Positions 27,924 through 38,576 of a DNA stretch of 64,000 nt are shown piece after piece (the first letter of the stretch is position 1; each line of letters opens with the position of its first letter). The notes under the pieces were generated by a model that was given only the letters and a program-made list of their open reading frames with translations, was not told the DNA's origin and did not search any database. Source of the DNA: an uncultured Clostridia bacterium (GTDB lineage: Bacteria; Bacillota; Clostridia; Oscillospirales; Ruminococcaceae). The stretch lies in contig CALWZE010000013.1 of assembly GCA_944385925.1 (NCBI GenBank), positions 29,699-93,698 of the forward strand. Reading direction: 5' to 3'. A program made the translations under genes and the position numbers.

Positions 27924-28790
27924 TTACTGCGCCGGGTCAAACGCATCGCGCAGACCGTCGCCCAGAAAATTAATGCTCAATACAAAAAGCGAAATTGCAA
28001 CGCCCGGTGCAATCCACTGCATCGGCTGATTGACAATCACGTCGATCCGCTTTGCGGCATTGATAATATTTCCCCATGTCGGCAGATCGTTCGGCACGCC
28101 CATACCCAAAAAGCTCAGGCCGGCTTCCGCGAGAATAAATCCCGCTGTTGCCAGGGTCGTGTGCACAATAACCGGGCCAATGGTGTTGGGCAGAAGCTGC
28201 CGGAACATGATTGAACCGCCGCTGATTCCGTTTGCCACGCAGCTTTCCACAAAAGGCTCTTCGCGCAGTGAAAGAATTCGGCTGCGAACGATGCGGAACA
28301 CGCCGCTCCAGCCGGTCAACACGAAAACCCAGATCATATTGGCAACGCTCTGCCCCATAAGCGCAACACACAGAAGAATCAGAAGCATTTGCGGAAACAC
28401 CGAAAAAAGTTCGCTGATCGACAGCAGCGCGCGGTCGATCCTGCGTCCAAACCAGCCCGCGATGCAGCCCAGAACCACCCCGATAACCGATGCGCCGACC
28501 GCTCCGGCAAGGCCGATGAACATGGAATAGCGTCCGCCGTATAGCAGCCGCGCAAACAGATCACGTCCAAGCCGGTCGGTGCCCAGCGGATGCGCGGCAC
28601 TGATCGGCATCAATTTCTGGCTGACGTCAGCATATGCCGGATCGTAGGGGGTAAACAGCGGCGCGAAAACGCACAGCACCAAAATCAGCGTCAGAACGAC
28701 GCCGCCGGCAACCGCCGCTTTGTTCTGAAAAAAGCGCTGCCAGCTTCGCCTTGCCAGAGAGGAGCGCGCTTTGCTATTTCTTTTTTCCAT
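27924..28790 (-). CDS. Peptide ABC transporter permease, OppC-like
   Basis: BPD_transp_1 permease with EAA-like loop and an N-terminal OppC_N-type TM segment. Confidence 0.9.
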   Translation of the reverse strand: MEKRNSKARSSLARRSWQRFFQNKAAVAGGVVLTLILVLCVFAPLFTPYDPAYADVSQKLMPISAAHPLGTDRLGRDLFARLLYGGRYSMFIGLAGAVGASVIGVVLGCIAGWFGRRIDRALLSISELFSVFPQMLLILLCVALMGQSVANMIWVFVLTGWSGVFRIVRSRILSLREEPFVESCVANGISGGSIMFRQLLPNTIGPVIVHTTLATAGFILAEAGLSFLGMGVPNDLPTWGNIINAAKRIDVIVNQPMQWIAPGVAISLFVLSINFLGDGLRDAFDPAQ

Positions 28791-28805
28791 AATCGCTCCC
28801 CTCCT

Positions 28806-29768
28806 TTAGGACGAAAACCGGATGCGCGGGTCAAGCAGCGCGGTAAACAGGTCGACAATACAGCTTGCAACGAGCGTAACCACCGCTATGACCATCGTCG
28901 TAACCATAACGACCGGCATATCCCCCGCCGATACCGCGTCCAGAATCATGCTGCCCATGCCGGGATAGTTAAACACCGACTCGATGACAACTGTGCCGGA
29001 AACCAGCATCGGCAGACGCATGACCATAATAACCATCACCGGCGAAAGCGCGTTGCGGAATCCATGTTTCAGATGTACGGCTGTTTCGCTGATTCCCTTG
29101 CTGCGCGCAGTCTTGACATAATCTTTGCCCAAAACATCCAGCATGGCAGAGCGGGTATAGCGCGAAAGGGTCGCCATCAGAGAAATCGCAAGGCATACCG
29201 CCGGAAGAATCATATATGGAATGCGCTCCCAGAAACCCGGGTGGCCGGCAGCCATTCTTCCGCCGGACGGCAGCCAGCCCAGCTTAACCGAGAACAGCAG
29301 GATAAACAGAATGCCGAAAAAGAATTCCGGCACCGAAATGCCCACAATACTCATCGTCGTATTGGTATAGTCCACCCAGCTGTTTGGTTTCAGCGATGCA
29401 AGGAAACCAAACAGAATGCCGAATACGCTCGCAATCACCAGCGCAATCACCGTCAATTCAATTGTGGACGGCAGCCGGGCCGCAAGCATCTCCCCAATGT
29501 TGCTTCCTGTAGATTGAGAATAGCCAAAATCCCCCTTGAACATATTTCCCAGCCAGCGAAAATACTGTACCGTCAAGGGATCGTTGAGTCCCAGGCTTTC
29601 CCGCAGCGCATCCCGCTGCGACTCGGTCATCTGCTGATAAACCCGGGGCGGCACCGATCGGCTGAGCGCGTCGCCCGGCAGAAGCTGCAATGCAAGAAAC
29701 ACAATCACCGAGATAATCAGTATTTTGGGAATCAGCGACAGAAAGCGCTTTGCAAAGTATTTGAGCAA
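28806..29768 (-). CDS. Peptide ABC transporter permease, OppB-like
   Basis: N-terminus MLKYFAKRFLSLIP is typical of OppB/DppB. TTG start. Confidence 0.88.
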   Translation of the reverse strand: MLKYFAKRFLSLIPKILIISVIVFLALQLLPGDALSRSVPPRVYQQMTESQRDALRESLGLNDPLTVQYFRWLGNMFKGDFGYSQSTGSNIGEMLAARLPSTIELTVIALVIASVFGILFGFLASLKPNSWVDYTNTTMSIVGISVPEFFFGILFILLFSVKLGWLPSGGRMAAGHPGFWERIPYMILPAVCLAISLMATLSRYTRSAMLDVLGKDYVKTARSKGISETAVHLKHGFRNALSPVMVIMVMRLPMLVSGTVVIESVFNYPGMGSMILDAVSAGDMPVVMVTTMVIAVVTLVASCIVDLFTALLDPRIRFSS

Positions 29769-30014
29769 TCGATCACATCCTTACTGTTAGCTATGCGGTC
29801 AGCGGCGCTTTGCCGCCCGGTTCATTCAATCAAAATCACCGACCCTCCCGGTATCCGGCACCGGTTCCAAAGGAAAATGGTCCAAACACGCCCCGATGCC
29901 TGCGCCGGCTGTACAGCTTGTTGGAAACCTCCGTTAAAGCGAGATTCTCTTCTTCGCTTCATTTTTACCGTTTTAAACCTGGCCTGCGGTTTTGATTCGC
30001 TGAAGCATCATCCA

Positions 30015-30045
30015 AAAGCCGCGGCTTTTTTGAAGCCGCGGCTTT
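30015..30045 (-). terminator. Hairpin/partial terminator between the peptide-binding protein gene and the permeases
   Basis: 13-bp stem aaagccgcggctt / aagccgcggcttt. On the minus strand the GC core is followed by TTTTGG. Confidence 0.5.
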
Positions 30046-30099
30046 CAGAAAAGGCCGGCAGATGCGCGCAGCAGAATGCTGCACAGCAAAACCAGATCA

Positions 30100-31761
30100 T
30101 TATTTCAGTTTCCAGTCCTCAAACCGCCAGTCGCGGGTGCTCCAGTCAATCTCAAAGATCTCTTCCGGCACCTCAAGCCGCGCGGTATTGTACATCGCAA
30201 GCTTGTTGATGGTCACCACAGGCGCGACAGCGCAAAGCTCAACGCCGTTTTCCTGAAGCTGCCAGGCAATGACCTTCTGCGCTTCGAAATCAGTGGTTGC
30301 ATTGTACTCGTCGATCAGACGGTTGAACATCTCTTCGCGGACTTCCTTGTCCACAATGATGTCGTCGAAATAGCCGCCGACGCCGAGCAGATAGAAGTAC
30401 ATCTGGCCGGGATCGTCCGCAGCCTCGCCGCAGAAAATCATGTCATAGTTGCGATCGACATAAATCAGCTGCGCAAGGTCGCCGGACAGCAGGAAGCTCT
30501 CCGCCTTGATGCCGCCCTCCGCGAGGTTCTGAACAATCAGGTCAATAACATCGATCGAAGTCTGATCGGTGTAATAATAAGCGATGCGCACAGTGCGGTC
30601 AAAGTCAAATCCGGCTTCTTCCAGCAGCGCTTTCGCACCCTCGACGTCCCGCTCAAAGACAGGGATCTCGGTATTGTACATCGGGCTGTCCGGATTCAGA
30701 TGGGTGGTCAGCGGTGCAGCATTGGTACCATAGATCTCCGCGATCGCCTGCTTGTCGATCAGCATATTGATCGCTTGACGCACCTCGGTTTTCTGCATGT
30801 CAGGATTGAGCTTGCCGTCCGCAGACTCCACACAGTTAAACAGGATCTGACGCTGGTAGTTGCTGGTCATTTCCAGAACCTTGACGTCGGGGTTCATCGT
30901 GCTGATGCTCGTCGCGGTCTCAATATTGTCCATCTCGCGGCCATAAGCGAAATCCAGTTCGCCCGCGATCATCGCGTTGGTCGCCGCATCGTTGCCGCCG
31001 GTCGCATAGCTGGTCAGCAGGACCTTTTCGATACCCGCTGCGGGGCCCCAGTAATTCTCGTTGCGCACAAGGGTGCAATAATCCGGGAAGCTTACCTCGT
31101 CAATGACATAAGCGCCGCAGCCAACCGGCTTTTTCCAATAGCTCTCAGTCGTGGAAAGCTCTTCTGCAGGAACTTCGCCCAGCAGATGCTCGGGCAGGAT
31201 ATACATTTTTGCAACCGAGCTGACAAACATGCTGTAAGGGGAGGACAGCTTGACCGTCACCACATTGCCCTCGACCGAAACGCCGCTGAGCGTCTCGGAA
31301 CCGTTGTCCACAACCTCCTGCGCACCCTCAATATAGGTGAAGCCGGACTTGTAGCTCGAATACGGATCCGCAAGCACACCCCAGAAGGTAAAGGCGATAT
31401 CCTCCGCCGTCAGGGGCTCGCCGTCAGACCATGTCACACCGTCACGAATGGTGAAGGTATACACCAGTCCGTCGGCAGAAACCGTGTGGCTTTCCGCAAG
31501 TTTATAAACAATTGTGCCGTCAGCCTCATAGGAAAACAGGCTGTCGAAAACCATGTAGGGATACAGGCACTGCAAATCGCGCCAGGGGGATTCAAAGATG
31601 GTATCGGTCCCCATCTGCGCATCCCACATCAGACGCAGGACATTATCCTCGGCAGCCTGCTCGCCGCCATTGTCCGTGGTTTCCTGATTCTGACCGCCGC
31701 AGCCGGCAAAAACACCAAGCGCAAGGCAGAGGATCAGCATAAAAGCCAGAACTTTTTTCAT
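30100..31761 (-). CDS. Family-5 (OppA/DppA-like) peptide-binding lipoprotein
   Basis: Lipobox FAGC|GG and SBP_bac_5 character. ATG at 31761 after AAAGGAGAAG. Confidence 0.9.
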   Translation of the reverse strand: MKKVLAFMLILCLALGVFAGCGGQNQETTDNGGEQAAEDNVLRLMWDAQMGTDTIFESPWRDLQCLYPYMVFDSLFSYEADGTIVYKLAESHTVSADGLVYTFTIRDGVTWSDGEPLTAEDIAFTFWGVLADPYSSYKSGFTYIEGAQEVVDNGSETLSGVSVEGNVVTVKLSSPYSMFVSSVAKMYILPEHLLGEVPAEELSTTESYWKKPVGCGAYVIDEVSFPDYCTLVRNENYWGPAAGIEKVLLTSYATGGNDAATNAMIAGELDFAYGREMDNIETATSISTMNPDVKVLEMTSNYQRQILFNCVESADGKLNPDMQKTEVRQAINMLIDKQAIAEIYGTNAAPLTTHLNPDSPMYNTEIPVFERDVEGAKALLEEAGFDFDRTVRIAYYYTDQTSIDVIDLIVQNLAEGGIKAESFLLSGDLAQLIYVDRNYDMIFCGEAADDPGQMYFYLLGVGGYFDDIIVDKEVREEMFNRLIDEYNATTDFEAQKVIAWQLQENGVELCAVAPVVTINKLAMYNTARLEVPEEIFEIDWSTRDWRFEDWKLK

Positions 31762-31938
31762 CGTACTTCTCCTTTGATTTTTTGCATGCAAGCACGCAAT
31801 ATCTGCTTTATTTTATCCCTTCACCGGGGCAAATGTCAAATAATCCTCGGCATTTCCAGTGGAAAAGATACGATTTATGCGGTACAATGTCATAAAAAAA
31901 AGTACAATAAACTTCTTCAAGACAGGAGTGAACAGCCA

Positions 31939-33633
31939 ATGCGACTGTCATATACCGCCGATTGCGACGTGCTTGTCCTCGGCGCAGGGGGCGCAGGCAT
32001 GCGTGCCGCAATCACGGCGGCGGAATCCGGGGCCAGCGTCATATTGTGCAGCAAAGGACCTGTGGGCCGCTGTGGATCAACCTTTTTTCCGCGCACCCCA
32101 TTATGGGGCATGAATACAATCCTTCGGCCGGATGATTCGGCCCAGCGGTTTTATTCCGAAATCATGGAAATCGGCAGCGGTGCGGCAGATCCTGCGCTCG
32201 CCCGCGTGCTTGCGGAACAATGCGAACCTACCTTTCGATCCCTTGAGCAGCAGGACGGCCTGACCTTTCAGAAGGATGAGCAGGGCGAATATGTCACCCA
32301 GATTCCCTGTTTCGGACACCGTGAACGTGTCGTCGTCACCGAGCTTCCCGCTCTGCGCGCAGCTATGTGGCGCCGGCTGATGCAGGCAGGCGTCCGGATA
32401 TGCAGCCACACCCAGGCGCTTACCCTGGTTGTGCAGGACGGCCGTTGCCGCGGCGCTATTGTGCTGGACGAAATGGGGCAGCCCGGATTCCTTCGCGCCG
32501 GCGCCACCGTACTTGCAAGCGGCGGCGGATGCGCCAATTATAAAGTTTCCCTTTCCACGCCTGAACAAACCGGCGACGGGTATATCCTTGCACTGGACGC
32601 CGGCGCGCCGCTCATCAATATGGAATTTGTTCAGTTGATCCCTACCCTGACCTGGCCGCTGCGCAACTATGTCTTTCCCGAACGCTCTCTGGATCTTGCA
32701 CCGGCGCTGTTCAACGCCTCCGGTGAATCGGTATTGCAGCGGTATCTTCCCCGGGAACTTGCTGCCGAAGACTGTTTCCGTGCCAGATCCACCCACGGAC
32801 CGTTCAGCGTGGACGATGACGGCCGATGGTTTGACATCGCGCTTTATGAAGAGCGCCGCCGGGGCGCCGCTTTTCCGGACGGCGGTATCGGACTGCGCTA
32901 CGATCCCAAAGTCAAGCAGGATACCCGGTATTTTGTACGCTATTTTGAACAGGAATTCGAAAAATACGGTGTCGATTCCACCGGCGCCGGTTTTCACCTT
33001 ATGCCCGCCGCACAGGCATTTAACGGCGGCGTGCACATCCTTCCGGACGCTTCCGCCCGGGTACCGGGCCTGTATGCCGCCGGCGAGGTTGCGGGCGGTG
33101 CGCACGGCGCAAACCGAATGGGGGCGAACTCCCTGTCTGCCTGCCAGGTATTTGGCAGAATCGCGGGCGCAAGCGCCGCGGCATTTTCCGCAAAAGAAAA
33201 AGCGGGCGATGCAGACGGAAACATTGCCTTGCAGCGCTGGATGGAGCAGTGTGCGGCAGAATCCTGCAGCTTGCAAAACGCCGATTTAAAGGCCGTGCGT
33301 GACGCTATGCAGTCTCTGCTGTGGGATTGCGCGTCGGTTGTCAGAGACGCAGAAACGCTGCGGCGCGGGAAAGTGCTCGCCGGACAGCTTCTGCAAAGCC
33401 TTCCAATAATAGACGCCTGCACAGACCATCCCGGAGCGCAGCTCAGAGAACTGCTGTCGCTGCGCGCGGGGCTGCGTCTCGCAGACCTGATGTTGACCGC
33501 GATGGAAAACCGGCGCGAATCCCGCGGTCCGCACTACCGTCAGGATTTCCCCTGCCGCGACAGCAGCTTTGAGGGTGCACAGCGGCTTTGCCTGCGCTCC
33601 GGGCAGCTGCAGCTTTCCATGATTCATTTTTAA
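31939..33633 (+). CDS. FAD-binding oxidoreductase of the NadB/SdhA/FrdA flavoprotein family, atypical active site
   Basis: N-terminal DVLVLGAGGAGMRAA dinucleotide fold, GLYAAGEVAGGAHGANRMG, and C-terminal ESRGPHYRQDFP. Only the 3' part of the 1185-aa track ORF is real; the ATG at 31939 follows AGGAG. Confidence 0.8.
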   Translation: MRLSYTADCDVLVLGAGGAGMRAAITAAESGASVILCSKGPVGRCGSTFFPRTPLWGMNTILRPDDSAQRFYSEIMEIGSGAADPALARVLAEQCEPTFRSLEQQDGLTFQKDEQGEYVTQIPCFGHRERVVVTELPALRAAMWRRLMQAGVRICSHTQALTLVVQDGRCRGAIVLDEMGQPGFLRAGATVLASGGGCANYKVSLSTPEQTGDGYILALDAGAPLINMEFVQLIPTLTWPLRNYVFPERSLDLAPALFNASGESVLQRYLPRELAAEDCFRARSTHGPFSVDDDGRWFDIALYEERRRGAAFPDGGIGLRYDPKVKQDTRYFVRYFEQEFEKYGVDSTGAGFHLMPAAQAFNGGVHILPDASARVPGLYAAGEVAGGAHGANRMGANSLSACQVFGRIAGASAAAFSAKEKAGDADGNIALQRWMEQCAAESCSLQNADLKAVRDAMQSLLWDCASVVRDAETLRRGKVLAGQLLQSLPIIDACTDHPGAQLRELLSLRAGLRLADLMLTAMENRRESRGPHYRQDFPCRDSSFEGAQRLCLRSGQLQLSMIHF

Positions 33634-33781
33634 TATAATCGTGGCATATGCGCAGAAAAACAGGTGACATTACATCTTTTTAGCAGACAACAATGCTTAT
33701 TTTGTCCTCTGAGCATCCGCACATTCCGGTTTTATGTTAAAGGAATATTCGCCACGCATGGAATTTTGGATTTTACCGAAA

Positions 33782-33817
33782 ACCAAAGGCCCAGACAACG
33801 CTGTCCGGGCCTTTGGT
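33782..33817 (-). terminator. Terminator between the convergent FAD gene and membrane-protein gene
   Basis: 11-bp stem accaaaggccc / gggcctttggt, 18 nt after the minus-strand stop codon, followed by TTTCGG. Confidence 0.6.
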
Positions 33818-33834
33818 CATTTGACAGATAGTGA

Positions 33835-35250
33835 TTATTCTGGCTTGTTCAACAGTAGGCTGCCTGCCGTCTTTCCAGCCGCGAAAATCAGCAGCGGCAT
33901 AGATGAAAACAAATAGATTGTCGATGACTCCCAGAGCAGCGCAAAAAGAAAGATGCCGAATATCCACAAATATCCGAAGGCAATTGGCTCTATCCTAACC
34001 AGGCGCCTATGCCCCCAGCTGCTCAGCTTTTGTACACATCCGGCCAGAATCAGCACATATAAAGCCAACTTATAGCCGATATTATACCGATTCGCTGTTG
34101 ACCCAAGATGATAACCGTACACACTTCCGACCCACATTTTTTCTTCCTTGAGTTTACAAAGCTCCAGCAGCTTCTGCACGTCCATTCTCTGCAATCTTTC
34201 GCGGATCTGCTGCGAAGCATAGGAACGTTTATCTTCGCTCGTCGGCAGATTCACCATAGCTTGATAATCATCTTCGCTATAGCCACCGTCCTCGTTAAGA
34301 CCAATCATGATCCAGTGTGTTAGCGGCAGCTTTTCATTCTCAGCATTGGTAAAATCAAAGATGCCGGACCAAATGTAACCTGTGCTGATCAGCGCAACAG
34401 CTGCCAAAAAACCGGCGGCAAGCAGAACCGACCGCAAAAGAAAATTTAAGAAATTTTTTGCATTCAAAGCGAAATAGATGGCTGCCGCCACAAGGCTGAT
34501 TGTAATGATGCCCTCCACAGACTTAGCCACCCCAATCGCAAATCCCAACAGCAGAATCAGAAACAACTTCCTGCTTTCTTCGGGTTCTTGCACTACGAAA
34601 CAGAAACAGCAGAGCGTTAAACAAACGAAAAATACAGACAATGCATGACTGTACAAAAAATTATTGCTCGCAAAATACCCATTGTGGAGACAAAACAACA
34701 GAGCGGTAAGCAGGGCGCACCGGCTGCCCGCCTGTTTTTGTACACCGACAAAAAGCAAACAGCCGCCCAAGCAGCAGAGAATTGCATTCAGGATCGTTGT
34801 TGCCGTCAAATTAATCTCACCCAAACGGCCACCCAGTGTAACGAGATAATTAAAGGCCGCATAAAAGAAGAACGAAAAGCGCTGATGTGGATGATGCAAA
34901 AAGTACAGATTGCTGTCTGTCAGCCTGCCGTTTCGCACGAATTCTCTGACCGCAGTATAGATTGCTTCATAATCACCTGTTTTTGGCTGATAAGGATATC
35001 TTAAGCAATAAAATACCTGTACTGCAAATAAGCAAGCGAAAAATATACCCGCAAAGATTTTGCAGTTTCTATCCGAAAACAATTCATCATATTTCTTGAG
35101 CAGAATCCCCGCCACCGCCACTGTGGCCGTGATCAGTCCAAAAAAAAGAAATATTGTCAGGTCAGTAACAGCTCGAATCAACGTTAATAAAGTAATGCAG
35201 CAGGCAGCCGCCACAAAAGGCAGTAAAAAGAGATTGTACAGTTTTTTCAT
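33835..35250 (-). CDS. Polytopic membrane protein, possibly a GT-C-fold (ArnT/PMT-like) glycosyltransferase
   Basis: 471 aa with about 12 predicted TM helices and one soluble loop near the C-terminal third. GGGGAG RBS. AT-rich relative to its neighbours. Confidence 0.6.
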   Translation of the reverse strand: MKKLYNLFLLPFVAAACCITLLTLIRAVTDLTIFLFFGLITATVAVAGILLKKYDELFSDRNCKIFAGIFFACLFAVQVFYCLRYPYQPKTGDYEAIYTAVREFVRNGRLTDSNLYFLHHPHQRFSFFFYAAFNYLVTLGGRLGEINLTATTILNAILCCLGGCLLFVGVQKQAGSRCALLTALLFCLHNGYFASNNFLYSHALSVFFVCLTLCCFCFVVQEPEESRKLFLILLLGFAIGVAKSVEGIITISLVAAAIYFALNAKNFLNFLLRSVLLAAGFLAAVALISTGYIWSGIFDFTNAENEKLPLTHWIMIGLNEDGGYSEDDYQAMVNLPTSEDKRSYASQQIRERLQRMDVQKLLELCKLKEEKMWVGSVYGYHLGSTANRYNIGYKLALYVLILAGCVQKLSSWGHRRLVRIEPIAFGYLWIFGIFLFALLWESSTIYLFSSMPLLIFAAGKTAGSLLLNKPE

Positions 35251-35313
35251 ACTTTACTCCCCTTTAAGGCCGTTTTGGTCCGCGCTTTTCCACGCCCTCC
35301 CATACGCTGGGTA

Positions 35314-36675
35314 TCAGGAGCGTATGGGATGCGGTAATCCGGCCGTTTGTCTTTTGTAACAGCGGATGAAATAGGTTATCTCTGCGGCAGCCGTAATTGT
35401 CCAGGAGATGGGATACAGGAAATAAAGCGCGAAAATTGTGTGGTACCAGGTAAAGACGGTATAAACCCAAACAACACGAAATACGCAGGAGCCCAAAATC
35501 ACGATAATCGTCGGTACAAGACTTTTTCCCAAACCTCTGGACGCGGCAATGGCACAGTCCATCAATGCGGAAATTGCATAGGAGTAGCCCATCAGCACCA
35601 GTCTCTCCATACCCGCTTCCACGACTGCGGCATCGGTTGTGAAGATCGACAACAGCGTCCTGCCGAATACGACAGACCCAAGGCCCAGTACAACGCCGGT
35701 TCCGAAAGAATAGGCAAGGCAGACAAAGAACGTCTTGCGTATTCTGCTTCGATTGCCGGCGCCGTAATTCTGGCCGATAAAGCTTGAACACGCTGTGTAA
35801 AAAGCCGCCATTACGTCGTAGATCAGCGTATCGATGTTCGAAGCCGCCGCATTGCCCGCCACCACAATTGCGTCAAAGCTGTTGACGCCTGCCTGAATGA
35901 ACAGATTTGCAATAGAAAATATTGCCTGCTGTATTCCGGAAGGAATTCCGACTGACAAAACACGCTCAACCTTTTCGCCGTGCAGACGCAGCTTATTAAA
36001 GCGCAGCGCATAGGTCTCGTTGCTTTTAAGCAGATTATGCAGGATCAGCACCGCAGAAAGATATTGGGAAATAATGCTCGCCGTTGCGACGCCTGCCACA
36101 TCCATCTGGCAGACAATGACAAAAAAGAGGTTTAAAGCGATGTTGACCACGCCTGAGATAGACAAATACAGAAGAGGCCTTCTTGTATCGCCGACCGCGC
36201 TTAAAACGCCATTGCCGAAATTATAGATCGCGAGCGCGGGCATTCCGCAAAAATAAATGCGAAGGTAAAGCACCGCCCCATCGATCAGCTCCTCTTTGGT
36301 TCCGAGTAATTTTAAAAGCGGAACCGCCAACAACAATCCGAGCACAAGCATGGCAACGCCCGCGGCAATGCACAGCAGCAGCGAGGTATGCACGGTTTCC
36401 TCAACGTCCTGATCATGCTTTGCACCAAAATGGCGAGCGACCAGTACATTGACGCCGTTACCCATTCCGATGAGAAATCCTGTGAAGAGCACAACAAGTG
36501 TCGTTGTGGAACCAACAGAACCCAAGGCCAGCGAGCCGGCAAAGCGGCCAACCACCGCAATATCCGACATATTAAACAACACCTGCAACAGGTTGGACAG
36601 CATCAGCGGCAAGCTGAATACCAGAATCTGTTTTGCCAGATTCCCCTGTGTCAGTGAATGACTTGCACGTGGCAT
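35314..36675 (-). CDS. MATE-family efflux transporter
   Basis: 453 aa. The N-terminus LPLMLSNLLQVLFNMSDIAVVGRF is typical of MATE proteins, and there are 12 TM segments. Confidence 0.9.
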   Translation of the reverse strand: MPRASHSLTQGNLAKQILVFSLPLMLSNLLQVLFNMSDIAVVGRFAGSLALGSVGSTTTLVVLFTGFLIGMGNGVNVLVARHFGAKHDQDVEETVHTSLLLCIAAGVAMLVLGLLLAVPLLKLLGTKEELIDGAVLYLRIYFCGMPALAIYNFGNGVLSAVGDTRRPLLYLSISGVVNIALNLFFVIVCQMDVAGVATASIISQYLSAVLILHNLLKSNETYALRFNKLRLHGEKVERVLSVGIPSGIQQAIFSIANLFIQAGVNSFDAIVVAGNAAASNIDTLIYDVMAAFYTACSSFIGQNYGAGNRSRIRKTFFVCLAYSFGTGVVLGLGSVVFGRTLLSIFTTDAAVVEAGMERLVLMGYSYAISALMDCAIAASRGLGKSLVPTIIVILGSCVFRVVWVYTVFTWYHTIFALYFLYPISWTITAAAEITYFIRCYKRQTAGLPHPIRS

Positions 36676-37090
36676 AAGTCAGCTTCTCCTCTTAACCCAA
36701 TAATCAGCATTATTAATCATACCCATTCCGGAAGAATTTTCAACCCCCGTCAGGCAGATTCTGTTTTTTAATCGTTGTGCACAGTTTAAGCCCGTAAATT
36801 ACAGCCACCTTATACGTTTGCGACCAATTGCCTTTTCTCTTCTCAGGCCACCCAGGCCATCAATAATTCCCTTTCATACGCCCTTTTCCGCAAGCACCGG
36901 CCCGGCAAATCCGCTTCGAGTTTTACTTAAATTAACTTAAAAGAACCTGCGCTTTTGCCGGCAGTGCCGGCCATCACAGCAGTATATTTCAAAACACAAG
37001 TATTGACGCAAAACAACTATTCGTTAATTCTTCCACATTTATTACAATACGGCATTTTTACTGTCTGCCGTTTTCAAGCCAGGCAAAATA

Positions 37091-37121
37091 AGGCCCCTAA
37101 TGCATTTTACATCAGGGGGCT
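37091..37121 (-). terminator. Terminator after cysS
   Basis: Stem aggcccctaatg / catcagggggct (1 mismatch) followed by TTATTTTG on the minus strand. Confidence 0.6.
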
Positions 37122-37178
37122 TTTTAAGACTCATTTATCGGACTTACCTGTGCTTCATGTGTTCAGCTGGAATTTTCT

Positions 37179-38561
37179 TTATTTGCGGGTAATCTTTGGA
37201 CCGTCCTTCGTGTCCTCCAGCAGATATCCGCGCGCAGTGATTTCATCACGCAGTTTGTCTGCCGTTGCAAAATCACGGTTTTTCCGCGCTTCCTGACGCT
37301 GATTGGCCATCTCCAGAATCTCTGCCGGGATCTCCTCTTTTTTCCTGTTATCAACCAGGCCGAGCACACCGGTCAATTCATCGAAGGTCTGCGCCGCATA
37401 TTCAAGCGAGGCTTTGGACTCACCCTGCGCGCTGTTGATCTCACGAACAAGCTCAAAAACCGCCGCAAGCGCATCCGCTGTATTCAAATCGTCATCCATC
37501 GCCTTGATGAACTGTTCGCGCCGCTCATCGCAGCAGGCCTTCAGCTCACTTTTCCCCTCTTCCGGCGCATTCGAGATGGCAAAATCAAGATTATCGCGGC
37601 AGGTGTAAAGCCGTTCAAGCGCGGCAACACACTGCTCGATCACCTCAACCGAGTAGTTGATCGGGCTGCGATAATGCGCGCTGACCATCATATAACGAAT
37701 CGGCTCATACCCGTACTTTTCGCTGATCTCACGAACCGTAAAGAAGTTGTTGAGCGATTTGGACATTTTGCGGTTGTCAACATTGATATAACCATTGTGC
37801 ATCCAGAAACGGGAGAAAGTCTTGTGGGTGCAGCACTCACTCTGGGCAATCTCGTTTTCATGGTGCGGGAAAATCAGATCCTGGCCGCCGCAGTGGATGT
37901 CCAGCGTATCTCCAAGATACCGCCGGGACATCGCCGAGCACTCGATGTGCCAGCCCGGACGTCCCTTGCCGTAAGGGCTGTCCCAGCAGATTTCGCCGGG
38001 TTTCGCCGCTTTCCAGAGCGCAAAGTCCATCGGATCTTCCTTGGTCTCTCCGACGCCGATGCGTGCACCGGCCTCCAGTTCCTCAAGCGGCTGATGAGAC
38101 AGCTTGCCGTATTCATCAAAACTGCGGGTACGGAAATAGACGTCGCCGTCCGGCGTCGCATAAGCATGGCCCTGCTCAACCAGGCTATTGATGATCTCGA
38201 GAATCTGCTCAATATTTTCGGTCGCACGCGGATGCGTGTCGGCACGCATGATGTTCATGCCGTCCGCATCGGTCCAGTACTCGTTGATAAAGCGCTCGGC
38301 AACCTCGGGAACCGTGGTTCCCTCCTCCTTCGCCTTGTTAATCAGCTTGTCGTCAACGTCGGTGAAGTTCTGCACAAAATTCACATCATAGCCGCGATAT
38401 TTCAGATATCTGCGCAGGGTATCAAACACGCAGAGCGGCCGCGCGTTTCCAATGTGGATATAGTTATAAACCGTCGGCCCGCAGGCGTAGATCTTTATTT
38501 CCTTGCCCTGCTGGGGGGTCAGCTCTTCTTTTTTTCTGCTAAGCGTATTATATATCTGCAT
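37179..38561 (-). CDS. cysS: Cysteine--tRNA ligase
   Basis: HIGN (HIGH) and KMSKS motifs with N-terminus [14 protein letters not shown]. 460 aa. Confidence 0.95.
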   Translation of the reverse strand: MQIYNTLSRKKEELTPQQGKEIKIYACGPTVYNYIHIGNARPLCVFDTLRRYLKYRGYDVNFVQNFTDVDDKLINKAKEEGTTVPEVAERFINEYWTDADGMNIMRADTHPRATENIEQILEIINSLVEQGHAYATPDGDVYFRTRSFDEYGKLSHQPLEELEAGARIGVGETKEDPMDFALWKAAKPGEICWDSPYGKGRPGWHIECSAMSRRYLGDTLDIHCGGQDLIFPHHENEIAQSECCTHKTFSRFWMHNGYINVDNRKMSKSLNNFFTVREISEKYGYEPIRYMMVSAHYRSPINYSVEVIEQCVAALERLYTCRDNLDFAISNAPEEGKSELKACCDERREQFIKAMDDDLNTADALAAVFELVREINSAQGESKASLEYAAQTFDELTGVLGLVDNRKKEEIPAEILEMANQRQEARKNRDFATADKLRDEITARGYLLEDTKDGPKITRK

Positions 38562-38576
38562 AATTTACCTCTTGTA

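Noticed and set aside
30076-31938. The 5' two-thirds of a 1185-aa plus-strand ORF (30076-33633), the longest ORF in the window.
   Set aside because: This part is the codon-aligned antisense frame of the peptide-binding lipoprotein gene (30100-31761). In that register, antisense stops arise only from sense TTA/CTA/TCA codons, which this genome avoids, so the frame stays open by composition. The translation is Arg/His/Gly/Ala-rich nonsense. A proper AGGAG-ATG start for the real FAD gene lies at 31939.
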